This document shows, piece after piece, positions 30,206-39,369 of a DNA stretch of 64,000 nucleotides. Within the stretch, counting starts at the first letter, position 1; every line of letters begins with the position of its first letter. Origin of the DNA: a virus; the IMG/VR virus record IMGVR_UViG_3300025128_006668, positions 1 to 64,000 of that record, one strand, 5' to 3'. The notes below the pieces were generated by a model. The model ran no database searches, was not told the origin of the DNA, and saw only the letters and a program-made list of their open reading frames with translations. The position numbers and the translations under genes were made by a program.

Positions 30206-30623
30206 CTTCTTTGAGGCGAAGAAACTCCACAAGTCTGCCCATTGGCCGACAAAAGGCCATGTTGATGATGCAGGATGGGATCTATACTCCTTTGAAACAA
30301 TCGCTATACCTGCTGGGGCCACTGTGATTGTTCCTACGGGCATCGCCATGGCAATCCCTAAAGGTTATGCTGGTCTTATATGGGACAGGTCTTCTATGGG
30401 TGTTAAAGGTATACATAGGCATGCAGGAGTTATTGACTGTGGATACAGGGGAGAGATCAGGGTCTGCTTGCACAATGCAACAAAAGAAACCTATCACATT
30501 AAAAAAGGAGATAGGATTGCACAGATGTTAATACAACAAGTCCCAAACTTTATAATGCATACAGTAGAGAATCTTGACTCGACAGATAGAGGTGACGGTG
30601 GATTTGGGAGTACAGGAAAATGA
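30198..30623 (+). CDS. dut: dUTPase (trimeric)
   Basis: DAGWDL, RSS, GVID.GYRGE, GDRIAQ, RGDGGFGSTG. Confidence 0.95.
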   Translation: MYDFFEAKKLHKSAHWPTKGHVDDAGWDLYSFETIAIPAGATVIVPTGIAMAIPKGYAGLIWDRSSMGVKGIHRHAGVIDCGYRGEIRVCLHNATKETYHIKKGDRIAQMLIQQVPNFIMHTVENLDSTDRGDGGFGSTGK

Positions 30624-31156
30624 AACTCGGTGGAATGAGAACCTATCTTGCCGGTGCAATGGATCGTGTAGACGATGGAGGTGTCGGCTGGCGAAATGAA
30701 ATAACTCCGGAGCTGGAGGCCTTGGGTGTCACCGTTCTCAACCCATGCGACAAGCCTATTGAGATCGCAATAGAAGATGACAAGACAAGAAGAGATATAG
30801 AATTCTTAAAAGACACCGAGGACTACTCTTCTATAAGAGAGCGATACAGAGTAATTAGAACATTAGACCTAAGATGTGTTGATGTTTCTGATTTCATTAT
30901 TGCCTCTATAGATATTGATGTTCATGCTTGTGGGACGTATGAGGAAATAGTAGTAGCTAACAGTCAAAAGAAACCTGTCTTAATATGGTGCCAGCAGGGC
31001 AAAAAATATGCTCCAAACTGGCTTTTCTTTATGCTTCCTCATCAGCATATATTCGGTTCTCTTCAGGAACTTACTAATTATCTACACAATGTATCTTCAG
31101 GGATTGATCGTAAACATTATAAGAGATGGTTCTTTTTTGATCAAGAAAGAATGTAA
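30620..31156 (+). CDS. nucleoside 2-deoxyribosyltransferase-like protein
   Basis: YLAGAM, WR, NP, DL..V..SD, GT.EE. Confidence 0.75.
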   Translation: MKLGGMRTYLAGAMDRVDDGGVGWRNEITPELEALGVTVLNPCDKPIEIAIEDDKTRRDIEFLKDTEDYSSIRERYRVIRTLDLRCVDVSDFIIASIDIDVHACGTYEEIVVANSQKKPVLIWCQQGKKYAPNWLFFMLPHQHIFGSLQELTNYLHNVSSGIDRKHYKRWFFFDQERM

Positions 31157-31317
31157 TGTATTCTATATGGGCAATATCTATAACTTCTGTATGCTATACA
31201 GTAACCTCTATAGGATGCATAAAAGACCGTGACTATCCCCATGCTTTAATGTGGTTTGCTTATGCCTTAGCTAATATAGGTCTTCTTTGGTATGAGATAC
31301 AGAAACAAAAACCATAA
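31156..31317 (+). CDS. small membrane protein (53 aa)
   Basis: Read by hand: ...ALMWFAYALANIGLLWY; TAATG coupling to the previous gene. Confidence 0.55.
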   Translation: MYSIWAISITSVCYTVTSIGCIKDRDYPHALMWFAYALANIGLLWYEIQKQKP

Positions 31318-31357
31318 TTCCACTTTTAATACGCTGTTTTGTGGGGTATAATATAGT

Positions 31358-31762
31358 ATGAGGAAGTGTTTTACCATATTGAAATCTTTTTTTTCAAAAG
31401 ATAAAAACGTCGAAGAGCCTGAAGAAGTTTCGGAGCTATACATCAATGATGAAGATGTAGGTTGCGAAATTGTTTTTAGGATAGATACTGCCACTGGAGA
31501 CTTTAATGTAGTAGTAGAACCAAAAGACACATCAGAAGATTCTGCTGCAGTTATTGGTCTATTACTATATTACGTAAACTCTGGTCACATGGAAGATTAC
31601 TTTGTTCAAGCTTTCAATAATTGGAGTGGGCTCAATGCGGAAAGGCAAGCATTCTGCAAAACCCTACTTCAAGAATGGGTAATAAATACCACCACTTACA
31701 AAGACCTAGTCGATCAGGATAAGCTTGCTGTTAACCCTAGGGATGTTTTTAGAGATGGTTAA
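31358..31762 (+). CDS. hypothetical protein
   Basis: ORF track; downstream of the repeated promoter motif. Confidence 0.65.
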   Translation: MRKCFTILKSFFSKDKNVEEPEEVSELYINDEDVGCEIVFRIDTATGDFNVVVEPKDTSEDSAAVIGLLLYYVNSGHMEDYFVQAFNNWSGLNAERQAFCKTLLQEWVINTTTYKDLVDQDKLAVNPRDVFRDG

Positions 31763-32225
31763 TGTTACAAAGAGAGACAGCGTTATGAGCGAGTATAATA
31801 AGTTCCCAGAGTCTGCAGAGGTCTATTGGGAAAAGTGGGTAGATGTTTATGAACAGGAAATGGATGCTCTTGAAGAAGAAATTTTAAGACAAGAGCTTCT
31901 GCAACAAGAGCTTGAAGAATTGGACGACGGATATGCCGGCTATGGAGATGAGCCAGAATTGGCCCCGTTCAGTAAGATCAAAACAATACTTACTCCTTTT
32001 GGGGTTCTTCCTCTAACTGAGCAAAGTCTTGCAAGCACGCATTTTAAATTTTGGGTAGGTCACACAAACTTTAAGATACTTAAAAAGCACGTCTTAATGA
32101 TAGAAAATGTAATGGGCGTAGAGACTGTAGATGTCATGACACCATATAGGTTTAGAATATCTGTGGCAAAACTTTTTAAAGATAGAGATGTTATGTCCTT
32201 GGTGAGGACGACTCTAATAAACTAA
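31725..32225 (+). CDS. hypothetical phage protein
   Basis: WEKW, TPFG, FWVGHTNF, GVE......YRFRI. Confidence 0.7.
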   Translation: MLLTLGMFLEMVNVTKRDSVMSEYNKFPESAEVYWEKWVDVYEQEMDALEEEILRQELLQQELEELDDGYAGYGDEPELAPFSKIKTILTPFGVLPLTEQSLASTHFKFWVGHTNFKILKKHVLMIENVMGVETVDVMTPYRFRISVAKLFKDRDVMSLVRTTLIN

Positions 32226-32924
32226 ATGGTAAATGATAAAAAAAATAGCTCAGGAAACGACATATTAGATGAGTTGCACAGCTACAGCGTCTTGCCTAGT
32301 ACTAGAGAGCTACTGCTTCACAGCACTATGGAGTCCGAAGACAATGGTATAGATTTTAGAGTAGCTACGAAATTCATAAAGAACCTAAGGTTACTTGAAT
32401 CAGATTCTAATAAGCCAATTATTCTACACCTTCTTTCTACTGGTGGTAGCTGGAATGATGGCATGGCTATATACGATGCAATAAAAGACAGCAGCTGTGA
32501 GTTCGTAGTAATAACTCATGGGATAGCTGCATCTATGGGAAGTTTAATCCCTCAGGCTGTTCATAGGAAGGGCCTTAGGATTACTATGCCAAACTGCGAA
32601 TGGATGGTTCACGAAGGCTTCAGTGAGATCTATGGTACTTACAGACAAGTCATATCTAGTGCTCAGTGGGATGCTGTTGTAAGAAAAAAGTGCTATGAGC
32701 TATATGCTGATGTCTGCCATAGCACAGGTGAATTTTTTCATAAGAAAAGTAATTCTCAGGTTAAGAATTATATAAAAAGAAAACTAGAAGCAAAGGAAGA
32801 CTGGTGGCTTTCAGCTGAAGACTCAGTTCGTTTTGGGTTATGTGATTATGTTGCTGGGGATGAAAAAGTAGGGAATATACAAAATATAGTATCAAATGTT
32901 TCTAGAATTCTGCAACTACAATAA
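32226..32924 (+). CDS. clpP: ClpP-family protease
   Basis: STGGS...GMAIYD, AASMGS (Ser), MVHE (His), DWWLSAE (Asp), GL.D. Confidence 0.85.
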   Translation: MVNDKKNSSGNDILDELHSYSVLPSTRELLLHSTMESEDNGIDFRVATKFIKNLRLLESDSNKPIILHLLSTGGSWNDGMAIYDAIKDSSCEFVVITHGIAASMGSLIPQAVHRKGLRITMPNCEWMVHEGFSEIYGTYRQVISSAQWDAVVRKKCYELYADVCHSTGEFFHKKSNSQVKNYIKRKLEAKEDWWLSAEDSVRFGLCDYVAGDEKVGNIQNIVSNVSRILQLQ

Positions 32925-33528
32925 GACATACTCAGATACCCATAAAGAGCAAATAGCTGAGGTTTTTTCTGCTATAGATGCTAACTTTGACGGGATTGCC
33001 GTAAGCCTAAATATACTTAGGCAAATATCTGACCTTTTAAGAGATATTCCAATCTCTATCTCGACCACTACGGACTTTCCTCAGGGAAGAGCTGATAAGA
33101 AGCTCAGGATGCACGAGACTATCATAGGGTTAAAGTCTGGAGCAAATAAGATAGACCTTGTAGCCAATCCATTTCTAATAGATGACGCAAGGTTCTATGA
33201 CTTCTGCAAAGATATAAAGTCTCACAAAAGAGCCTGTGATGACTATGGAGCTGATTTAAGAGTTATAATAAACCACAACTTATATTCGCTTAGAAAAAAT
33301 ATATCAATCGCCAGAATGGTTGAAGATGCAGGAGCATTGTTCATTATACCCGCAGCAGGGTTTCATAACGATGATATATATGACAATATACTCACCTGCA
33401 ATGCTATAGAATCACACACAAGTATAAAAACAGTGTGCAATGGCTATATATGGCTAGAAAAACAGTATTTAGCCGCCATAAACGCAGATATTTTTGGACT
33501 AAGGTTATATAATCTACACAGATTTTAG
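32896..33528 (+). CDS. DeoC-like aldolase, apparently lacking the catalytic lysines
   Basis: DFPQG and GANKIDLV match DeoC; LRVIIN and FIIPAAG replace LKVIIE and FIKTSTG. Confidence 0.65.
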   Translation: MFLEFCNYNKTYSDTHKEQIAEVFSAIDANFDGIAVSLNILRQISDLLRDIPISISTTTDFPQGRADKKLRMHETIIGLKSGANKIDLVANPFLIDDARFYDFCKDIKSHKRACDDYGADLRVIINHNLYSLRKNISIARMVEDAGALFIIPAAGFHNDDIYDNILTCNAIESHTSIKTVCNGYIWLEKQYLAAINADIFGLRLYNLHRF

Positions 33529-33616
33529 CTTTTAGTGTACTTATAATTTAGGGTAGGATTTTATATTATAGGATTATCAGGATTATAAGCATTCTTTTTA
33601 TTAAGAAAGAAAACAA

Positions 33617-34210
33617 ATGCCTAGTTCAAATTATTTTCAAACATCAGATGGCTCCTCCACAGGAGTTTGGCAAAACGGACTTGTATATAACTCCGATAAT
33701 GACGGAGGACGTATAACTAATGCAGGGACAGTATCTAGTATTCGCTTCACAAACATTGATGCGACTACTGATGAGCCTGTGACTATTGTGTCTGGAGTAA
33801 ATGTCAAAGATGCTGGTGTAGGAACGTTCAACAAAAACAACACGACCATTATGAGAGCAACGACAGCTCTTGCAGGTCAATCAACCACAGCAATTAGCTC
33901 TGCTTCGAACAGTGAAGGTGGAAGAGATTCCATTCATCAGCTAGACGTTATGAGAGTGAGACTATACAAAACAGCCGTTAGAGCAGGCTTCTGGAATGAG
34001 TATACAGGAGCATGGTCTTCAACACCTGAAGTTGTTGTGTCTGGTGCTTGGGATACAATCGCTGGAGACGACGACTCAGCGAATCTAAAAGGTCTCAAAA
34101 CAGATGTTGCTGCGAACCCAACAAACTTGCAGCCCGGTTTGCTATCATTCACTGCCGGCTCTGGAAACCAAGCCAGTACGCAAGGTTACGGGGCTAGATA
34201 CCTCTGGTAA
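33617..34210 (+). CDS. probable virion protein, family member 1
   Basis: Shares FQTSDGSSTG, GG.ITNAG and AG.G.FN motifs with 34246 and 47946. Confidence 0.65.
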   Translation: MPSSNYFQTSDGSSTGVWQNGLVYNSDNDGGRITNAGTVSSIRFTNIDATTDEPVTIVSGVNVKDAGVGTFNKNNTTIMRATTALAGQSTTAISSASNSEGGRDSIHQLDVMRVRLYKTAVRAGFWNEYTGAWSSTPEVVVSGAWDTIAGDDDSANLKGLKTDVAANPTNLQPGLLSFTAGSGNQASTQGYGARYLW

Positions 34211-34245
34211 ACAATACTTAACTTTTTATTTAAAGAGGTACTATC

Positions 34246-35361
34246 ATGGCATATCAAAATGCAGACGGTACTTTAACAGGAACAAATGCTGCCGATCCGC
34301 AATTTGGCGTCTACAAAGGCGCCATCTCTGCGGGGCAGAACTCTTCTGTTGATGGAACCGTATTCGATTTTAAAGCCGTCGTTACAGACCCCGACTTACC
34401 GTTAGTCGTATCGGGTTTGAATAACGAGGCGGCTGGCGCAGGAACTTACAATAAAGAAATTGGCGGTTCAGTAGCAAACCTAGGGGACAACGACAGTGTT
34501 TTTGATGCTGTTTCTCCCGGAGCAGACTCATCTAATGACGACGTGTCCGAAATTAAAGCTATTAGCGTTAGAAATTATAAAACTTTAGTCAGGGCTGGAG
34601 TTCTTAACAGTTATTCAGCAGCCCCAACAGCTTCATTTACTGGAATTAACTCTGGGATTTATGACCAGAATGTAGCAGGAGATGTTTCAACTAACATTAC
34701 TGCGATTGACTCAGCGACTCTAAACAATGTCTTTTATGATGTCACATACGTTTATGGAGGAATAACAACTCAGTTTGTTGCTCAAGACATACAAGTAGGT
34801 GGAATGAGTCCCGGAAGCAACACTAGATGTAGTTGCACTAGCGCTCCTACATACAACGATGCGATTAACCCATTTTCTGCCTGCGGTAGTGGTTTAATCA
34901 CAAATCCTAACAGGTGGGTAAGCTGCACTACCAAAGGAAATGTTGATGGTAAGTTCTACTTTGCCTGTGTTGAAAAGGTTGCTTGGTGTGCTAGAGGCGA
35001 TGCTACTAATCCTGCTTCTTCAGGCTATGTTGTTATAACTGATGTAGACAACTACTCTACTACGGCTGGATTTAGATCAAGCGGACCTAATAGTGGACAG
35101 TTTCGGTGCGATTGGGTTTATAACATTGTCCCAATTAACCCAACGGGAAATTGCGATGACGGTGTTGGTGGCGTCGTAGCCCCTACGCTGTGTTCAGATG
35201 CCCCTATGTCCATGCATCGGGCCTATGAAGACCAGCTTGAGAATGTAAGTTCTTTTGGTCCAGAAGGTCATGCAATTTGCGGTACTTGGATTGGAAAAGA
35301 CAGTCTTTGTCAGTATGATCCTAGATCACATGGAACAACTTGTTCTTGGGCATGGCAATAA
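34246..35361 (+). CDS. probable virion protein, family member 2, with Cys-rich C-terminus
   Basis: Shared N-terminal module then a Cys-rich region. Confidence 0.65.
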   Translation: MAYQNADGTLTGTNAADPQFGVYKGAISAGQNSSVDGTVFDFKAVVTDPDLPLVVSGLNNEAAGAGTYNKEIGGSVANLGDNDSVFDAVSPGADSSNDDVSEIKAISVRNYKTLVRAGVLNSYSAAPTASFTGINSGIYDQNVAGDVSTNITAIDSATLNNVFYDVTYVYGGITTQFVAQDIQVGGMSPGSNTRCSCTSAPTYNDAINPFSACGSGLITNPNRWVSCTTKGNVDGKFYFACVEKVAWCARGDATNPASSGYVVITDVDNYSTTAGFRSSGPNSGQFRCDWVYNIVPINPTGNCDDGVGGVVAPTLCSDAPMSMHRAYEDQLENVSSFGPEGHAICGTWIGKDSLCQYDPRSHGTTCSWAWQ

Positions 35362-35705
35362 TAATGAAGAGTTTATTAATCGCAGTATTACCCCCGTTCT
35401 TAGTCGCTGCCGGAGACACAATCACCGGCTTCGACTGGGGGACTATTTCCGCCACAGGTTTACTTGGCTGGTACTTGTGGTATACAACTAAGATAGTTTT
35501 TCCTAGCCATCAAAAACAGGTCTCTGAAATGCAAGACAGTTTCAACGATCAGTTTGTTAACCAAAGAGATCACTATGAAAAAATATTGACCGAGATACAA
35601 AACCGTCAAGACAAGAGACACTCTATAGATGTTCAAAAAATGGACAAAATGGTAGAGACTCTTGAAAAAATGAGTGAGAATCTTGAGCCAATAGAGAACT
35701 CATAG
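35340..35705 (+). CDS. membrane protein with coiled-coil tail (holin-like)
   Basis: TM segment GLLGWYLWY then coiled coil; likely start 35364. Confidence 0.6.
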   Translation: MFLGMAIIMKSLLIAVLPPFLVAAGDTITGFDWGTISATGLLGWYLWYTTKIVFPSHQKQVSEMQDSFNDQFVNQRDHYEKILTEIQNRQDKRHSIDVQKMDKMVETLEKMSENLEPIENS

Positions 35706-35754
35706 TATAATTATTGTAAGAAGACTTTTAATTTCTTAATAAGGAGAATCATAG

Positions 35755-35928
35755 ATGGTAGACAAGCTTAAAGTGCTGGTCAAGTCACGTAGATTTTGGA
35801 CTGCCGTAGGTAGTGTTATTGTAGTGATCCTGCATGATACTCTTGGTATTCCTGAGGATACGGCAAACACTATTGCCGCCATCGGCGTCAGTTGGATTGT
35901 CGGAGACTCTCTAAGACCTACAGAATAA
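35755..35928 (+). CDS. small two-TM holin-like protein (57 aa)
   Basis: Read by hand: MVDKLKVLVKSRRFWTAV...SWIVGDSLRPTE; AAGGAG RBS. Confidence 0.65.
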   Translation: MVDKLKVLVKSRRFWTAVGSVIVVILHDTLGIPEDTANTIAAIGVSWIVGDSLRPTE

Positions 35929-35945
35929 AATGGATTTTATTTTAG

Positions 35946-35975
35946 AAAAGGGGCGATTTTTCGTCCCTTTTTTTT
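35946..35975 (+). terminator. intrinsic terminator
   Basis: AAAAGGGGCGA-TTTT-TCGTCCCTTTT with T run. Confidence 0.8.
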
Positions 35976-36026
35976 ATGCATGACGTTTAATATATTGGAT
36001 ATATCTAACCTTATAAGGAGAAAAAA

Positions 36027-36518
36027 ATGAAAAAGCTTATCTTATTTATGTCAATGTTTGCTTTTACTGTGCCGTCAGCGTTTGCAGAGCCACCGCAAAG
36101 AAAAGTAATCCAAGCACCTCAAAAACCTCAAGTTGTTCGCAGTCAGCCAAGACAGTTCACGAGACCGACACCTCAGAGACCACAAAGGCCACAACCGCCG
36201 AATACGGCAAAGCCTGCACCAGAAGCGAAACCGTTGCCAAAAGGATTCGGAGTGCCTATCCAGCGCCCTCAAGGATTTGGTAAACAGGACTGGCAAAGGC
36301 CTCAGCCTAAACCTGAAGTCCAGCGACCAAAAGTTGAGACTAGACATAGCTTTGGCTGGTATAATTACTATCGTCCAGTGAACCCCCACTTTAGGTACTA
36401 CAGGGTTCCGTCCTATTACCCTCCTGTGATTGTTCAACCTCCCGTTGTAATTCAGCCGCAACCATTTCCTGTTTATCCGGGTCCGTTTCACGGATTCTTT
36501 TTTCAGTTCAGATTTTAA
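36027..36518 (+). CDS. secreted Pro/Gln/Tyr-rich low-complexity protein
   Basis: Signal peptide ending AFA, PQ-rich body, aromatic C-terminus GFFFQFRF. Confidence 0.7.
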   Translation: MKKLILFMSMFAFTVPSAFAEPPQRKVIQAPQKPQVVRSQPRQFTRPTPQRPQRPQPPNTAKPAPEAKPLPKGFGVPIQRPQGFGKQDWQRPQPKPEVQRPKVETRHSFGWYNYYRPVNPHFRYYRVPSYYPPVIVQPPVVIQPQPFPVYPGPFHGFFFQFRF

Positions 36519-36557
36519 GAGGCAAAAAAAATATTTTTTATTTAGCACATTGTTTCA

Positions 36558-36568
36558 GGGTGTATAAT
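36558..36568 (+). promoter_or_regulatory. putative promoter (extended -10) GGGTGTATAAT
   Basis: TATAAT preceded by a GGGTG run at the start of a ~290 nt intergenic region. Confidence 0.6.
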
Positions 36569-36574
36569 ATGATA

Positions 36575-36779
36575 AGCTAGGAGAAACAAGAGCGAGGCTG
36601 TTCAAGAAACACGTCCGCTAAAGCAGCACATCTCCAGCCTTTCAAGCGATTAGCGTTGGTCGCACCTTATTTTATACTAACTTTTTAACAAAACCACGAC
36701 CAAGCTATGTGTCTTACTTAATGTGTTGCTTTTTTAAAAATCACAACTCGCTACCTTAGACAGGTGGCGAGTTTTTTTT
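36575..36779 (+). ncRNA. putative structured RNA or attenuator upstream of nrdA
   Basis: Several 6-12 bp helices plus a terminal intrinsic terminator (see findings). Confidence 0.6.
36745..36779 (+). terminator. intrinsic terminator
   Basis: AACTCGCTACCT-TAGAC-AGGTGGCGAGTT followed by T run. Confidence 0.85.
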
Positions 36780-36810
36780 CTGCATCTTAGGATAATCTAT
36801 ACAATGAGGA

Positions 36811-39249
36811 ATGCCAATGTCTAAAAGAGTCAAGAAACGTAACGGAAGATTAGAAGATCTGAATCTTGATAAGATTAACAAGTGTGCTGAAATTGCTTGT
36901 AGAGATTTAGAAGACGTTTCGGTAAGCGAAGTAGTCCTTGATGCTAGTATACAGCTGTATGACAAAATAAGTACTAAAGAGATAGACAAGGCTCTCATTA
37001 TGTCGGCTCGGTCTAAGATAGAAAAAGAGCCTAACTATGGGTATGTTGCTGCAAGACTTCTTTTGCATAACTTGTACAAAGAAGTATTTGGAGAAGCTTT
37101 TGACACAGAGGATTTTCAGGTTAAATATAAGAAACATTTTTCTTCTAATATAAAAAGGATGGTTAAAGAAGATAGACTTAGTAAAAAGTTATTATCATAT
37201 GATCTTGATTTTTTGGCAGAAAACATAAAGCCGGATAGGGACAAGCTATTTAAATACCTAGGGATTCAAACTCTATATGACAGATATTTTGTTCATCTGA
37301 AAGGCAGAAGAATGGAGAGTCCTCAAGCCTTCTACATGAGAGTTGCCATGGGGTTGTGCCTTAATGAGGAGAATAAAGAAGAGAAAGCACTTGAAATATA
37401 TGACATGATGTCAGAGTTCAGATATTCTCCTTCTACTCCCACATTATTTAACAGCGGCACCAACAGGTCTCAACTTTCTTCATGTTATTTAAGTACTGTG
37501 CATGACTCAATAGACGGCATCTTCGGCACTATACACGGACAGGCAAGGTTATCTAAATATGCTGGAGGGTTAGGGGTTGATTGGTCTTCAATCAGAGCAT
37601 CTGGCTCTTACATAAAAGGCACGAATGGGAACTCTTCTGGTCTTGTTCCTTGGCTTAAAATATTCAATGATACTCTTGTAGCTGTGAACCAAGGAGGCAA
37701 ACGTAAGGGTGCTGGCTGTGCCTACCTAGAGGTCTGGCACTATGATATAGAAGACTTCTTAGAGCTTAGGAAAAACACTGGAGACGATAGAAGAAGATGT
37801 CATGACATGAATACTGCTTTGTGGACATGTGATGAGTTTATACAAAGGGTAAAAGACGAAAGAGATTGGTATTTATTTGATCCGGCAGAGTGTTCTAGTT
37901 TGCATGAGCTATATGGTGAACAATTTTCAGAAGCATATAATAAATATATTGAGCTTGCTGATCAGGGAGAAATTAAAGTATTCAGAAAAATGCCGGCAAA
38001 AGACCTTTGGAAAAAATGTCTTAAGGCACTGTTTGAAACGGGTCATCCTTGGATTACTTTCAAAGATCCTTCTAATATCAGATATAGCAACAAGCACGTC
38101 GGAGTTGTCCATTCATCTAACTTATGCACCGAAATACTCCTACATACAAAGCCGAGTGTTTATAACGAAGGAGAGCTATCTGAACTTGGAGAAACCGCTG
38201 TCTGTAATCTAGCTAGTATAAACCTTTCAAATCATGTCAAGGTCAGAACTATAGACTGGAAAAAACTTCAAAAAACAGTAGAGGTAGCTGTCAAAGGTTT
38301 AGACAATGTTATTGATCTTAATTTTTATCCTACCGACGAGGCTAGAGAATCGAACCTAAAGAATAGGCCTGTAGGATTAGGGGTCATGGGAACGCACGAT
38401 GTACTACACAAGCTAGGTATTGACTACGATAGTCCAGAAGCCGTGTCCCTATGTGATAGAGTACAAGAATTTATCTCACTTCATGCCATTAAGACATCTG
38501 CTATGATCGCTAAGGAGAAGGGTACGTACCCGACCTTCGGTGGTTCAGAATGGGATAAAGGAAATTTTCCTATCGACACGTATTGTGAGATGAAAAATCA
38601 GAGAGTCAAAACGCCTTGTGTGCTAGAGGACTATACTCTTTATGAGACACTAGACGAGTGGAAGTCAGTAAGAGATTTAGTATCTGAATATGGTATGAGA
38701 AATAGTAATGTGATGGCTATAGCTCCAACAGCTACTATATCTTACATACAAGGTTGTTCGCAGTCTATTGAGCCAGACTACTCTGTACTTTATGTTTACT
38801 CCACCCTTAGTGGTGAATTCACTATGGTCAATGAGCACTTCGTGAAATTAGCTAAAAAGAATGGCCTATGGTCACAGGCTTTGGTCGATGCTCTAAAGAG
38901 TGTAGATGGAGACGTGACTGCGCTTGTAGACTTGCCGGACGCATTTAAAAATGAATTTAAAAATGCATTTGATGTTAGTTATGAAACACTTATTAAGGCA
39001 GCAGCAGCAAGGCAAAAGTGGATTGATATGGGGCAGTCTCTAAACCTGTATAACAAGCATGAGAGTCTAAAATATCTTAATGATATGTATATGCTTGCGT
39101 GGGAAGAAGGGCTAAAAACAACTTATTATCTAAGAAGCAAGGCTGCAACCAGACTAGAGAAGTCTACAATATCTGAAAAAAGTCAAGGTATAATTAATCA
39201 GCCAAAGGCATGTTCTGTTTTAGACCCAGACTGTGAGAGTTGCCAATGA
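36811..39249 (+). CDS. nrdA: class Ia ribonucleotide reductase alpha subunit with ATP cone
   Basis: VKKRNG ATP cone, TPTLFN, SSCY, SNLCTEI, APTATIS, KTTYYLRS, C-terminal CESCQ. Confidence 0.97.
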   Translation: MPMSKRVKKRNGRLEDLNLDKINKCAEIACRDLEDVSVSEVVLDASIQLYDKISTKEIDKALIMSARSKIEKEPNYGYVAARLLLHNLYKEVFGEAFDTEDFQVKYKKHFSSNIKRMVKEDRLSKKLLSYDLDFLAENIKPDRDKLFKYLGIQTLYDRYFVHLKGRRMESPQAFYMRVAMGLCLNEENKEEKALEIYDMMSEFRYSPSTPTLFNSGTNRSQLSSCYLSTVHDSIDGIFGTIHGQARLSKYAGGLGVDWSSIRASGSYIKGTNGNSSGLVPWLKIFNDTLVAVNQGGKRKGAGCAYLEVWHYDIEDFLELRKNTGDDRRRCHDMNTALWTCDEFIQRVKDERDWYLFDPAECSSLHELYGEQFSEAYNKYIELADQGEIKVFRKMPAKDLWKKCLKALFETGHPWITFKDPSNIRYSNKHVGVVHSSNLCTEILLHTKPSVYNEGELSELGETAVCNLASINLSNHVKVRTIDWKKLQKTVEVAVKGLDNVIDLNFYPTDEARESNLKNRPVGLGVMGTHDVLHKLGIDYDSPEAVSLCDRVQEFISLHAIKTSAMIAKEKGTYPTFGGSEWDKGNFPIDTYCEMKNQRVKTPCVLEDYTLYETLDEWKSVRDLVSEYGMRNSNVMAIAPTATISYIQGCSQSIEPDYSVLYVYSTLSGEFTMVNEHFVKLAKKNGLWSQALVDALKSVDGDVTALVDLPDAFKNEFKNAFDVSYETLIKAAAARQKWIDMGQSLNLYNKHESLKYLNDMYMLAWEEGLKTTYYLRSKAATRLEKSTISEKSQGIINQPKACSVLDPDCESCQ

Positions 39250-39369
39250 GATTTGAAGAATATAGACAGTCACAAACCTCACCTCTTAAGTATAGATTAG
39301 AGCTGAGAGAGACAGAGCTGGAAAAAGTAAAAGATTTAATTATGCAGATCATAGAAAGAATTAAGCAAG

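Noticed and set aside
36575-36779. Cobalamin riboswitch or leader peptide upstream of nrdA
   Set aside because: No B12-box or GCCACUG-type motifs recognised; the only upstream ATG frame near the promoter is three codons long
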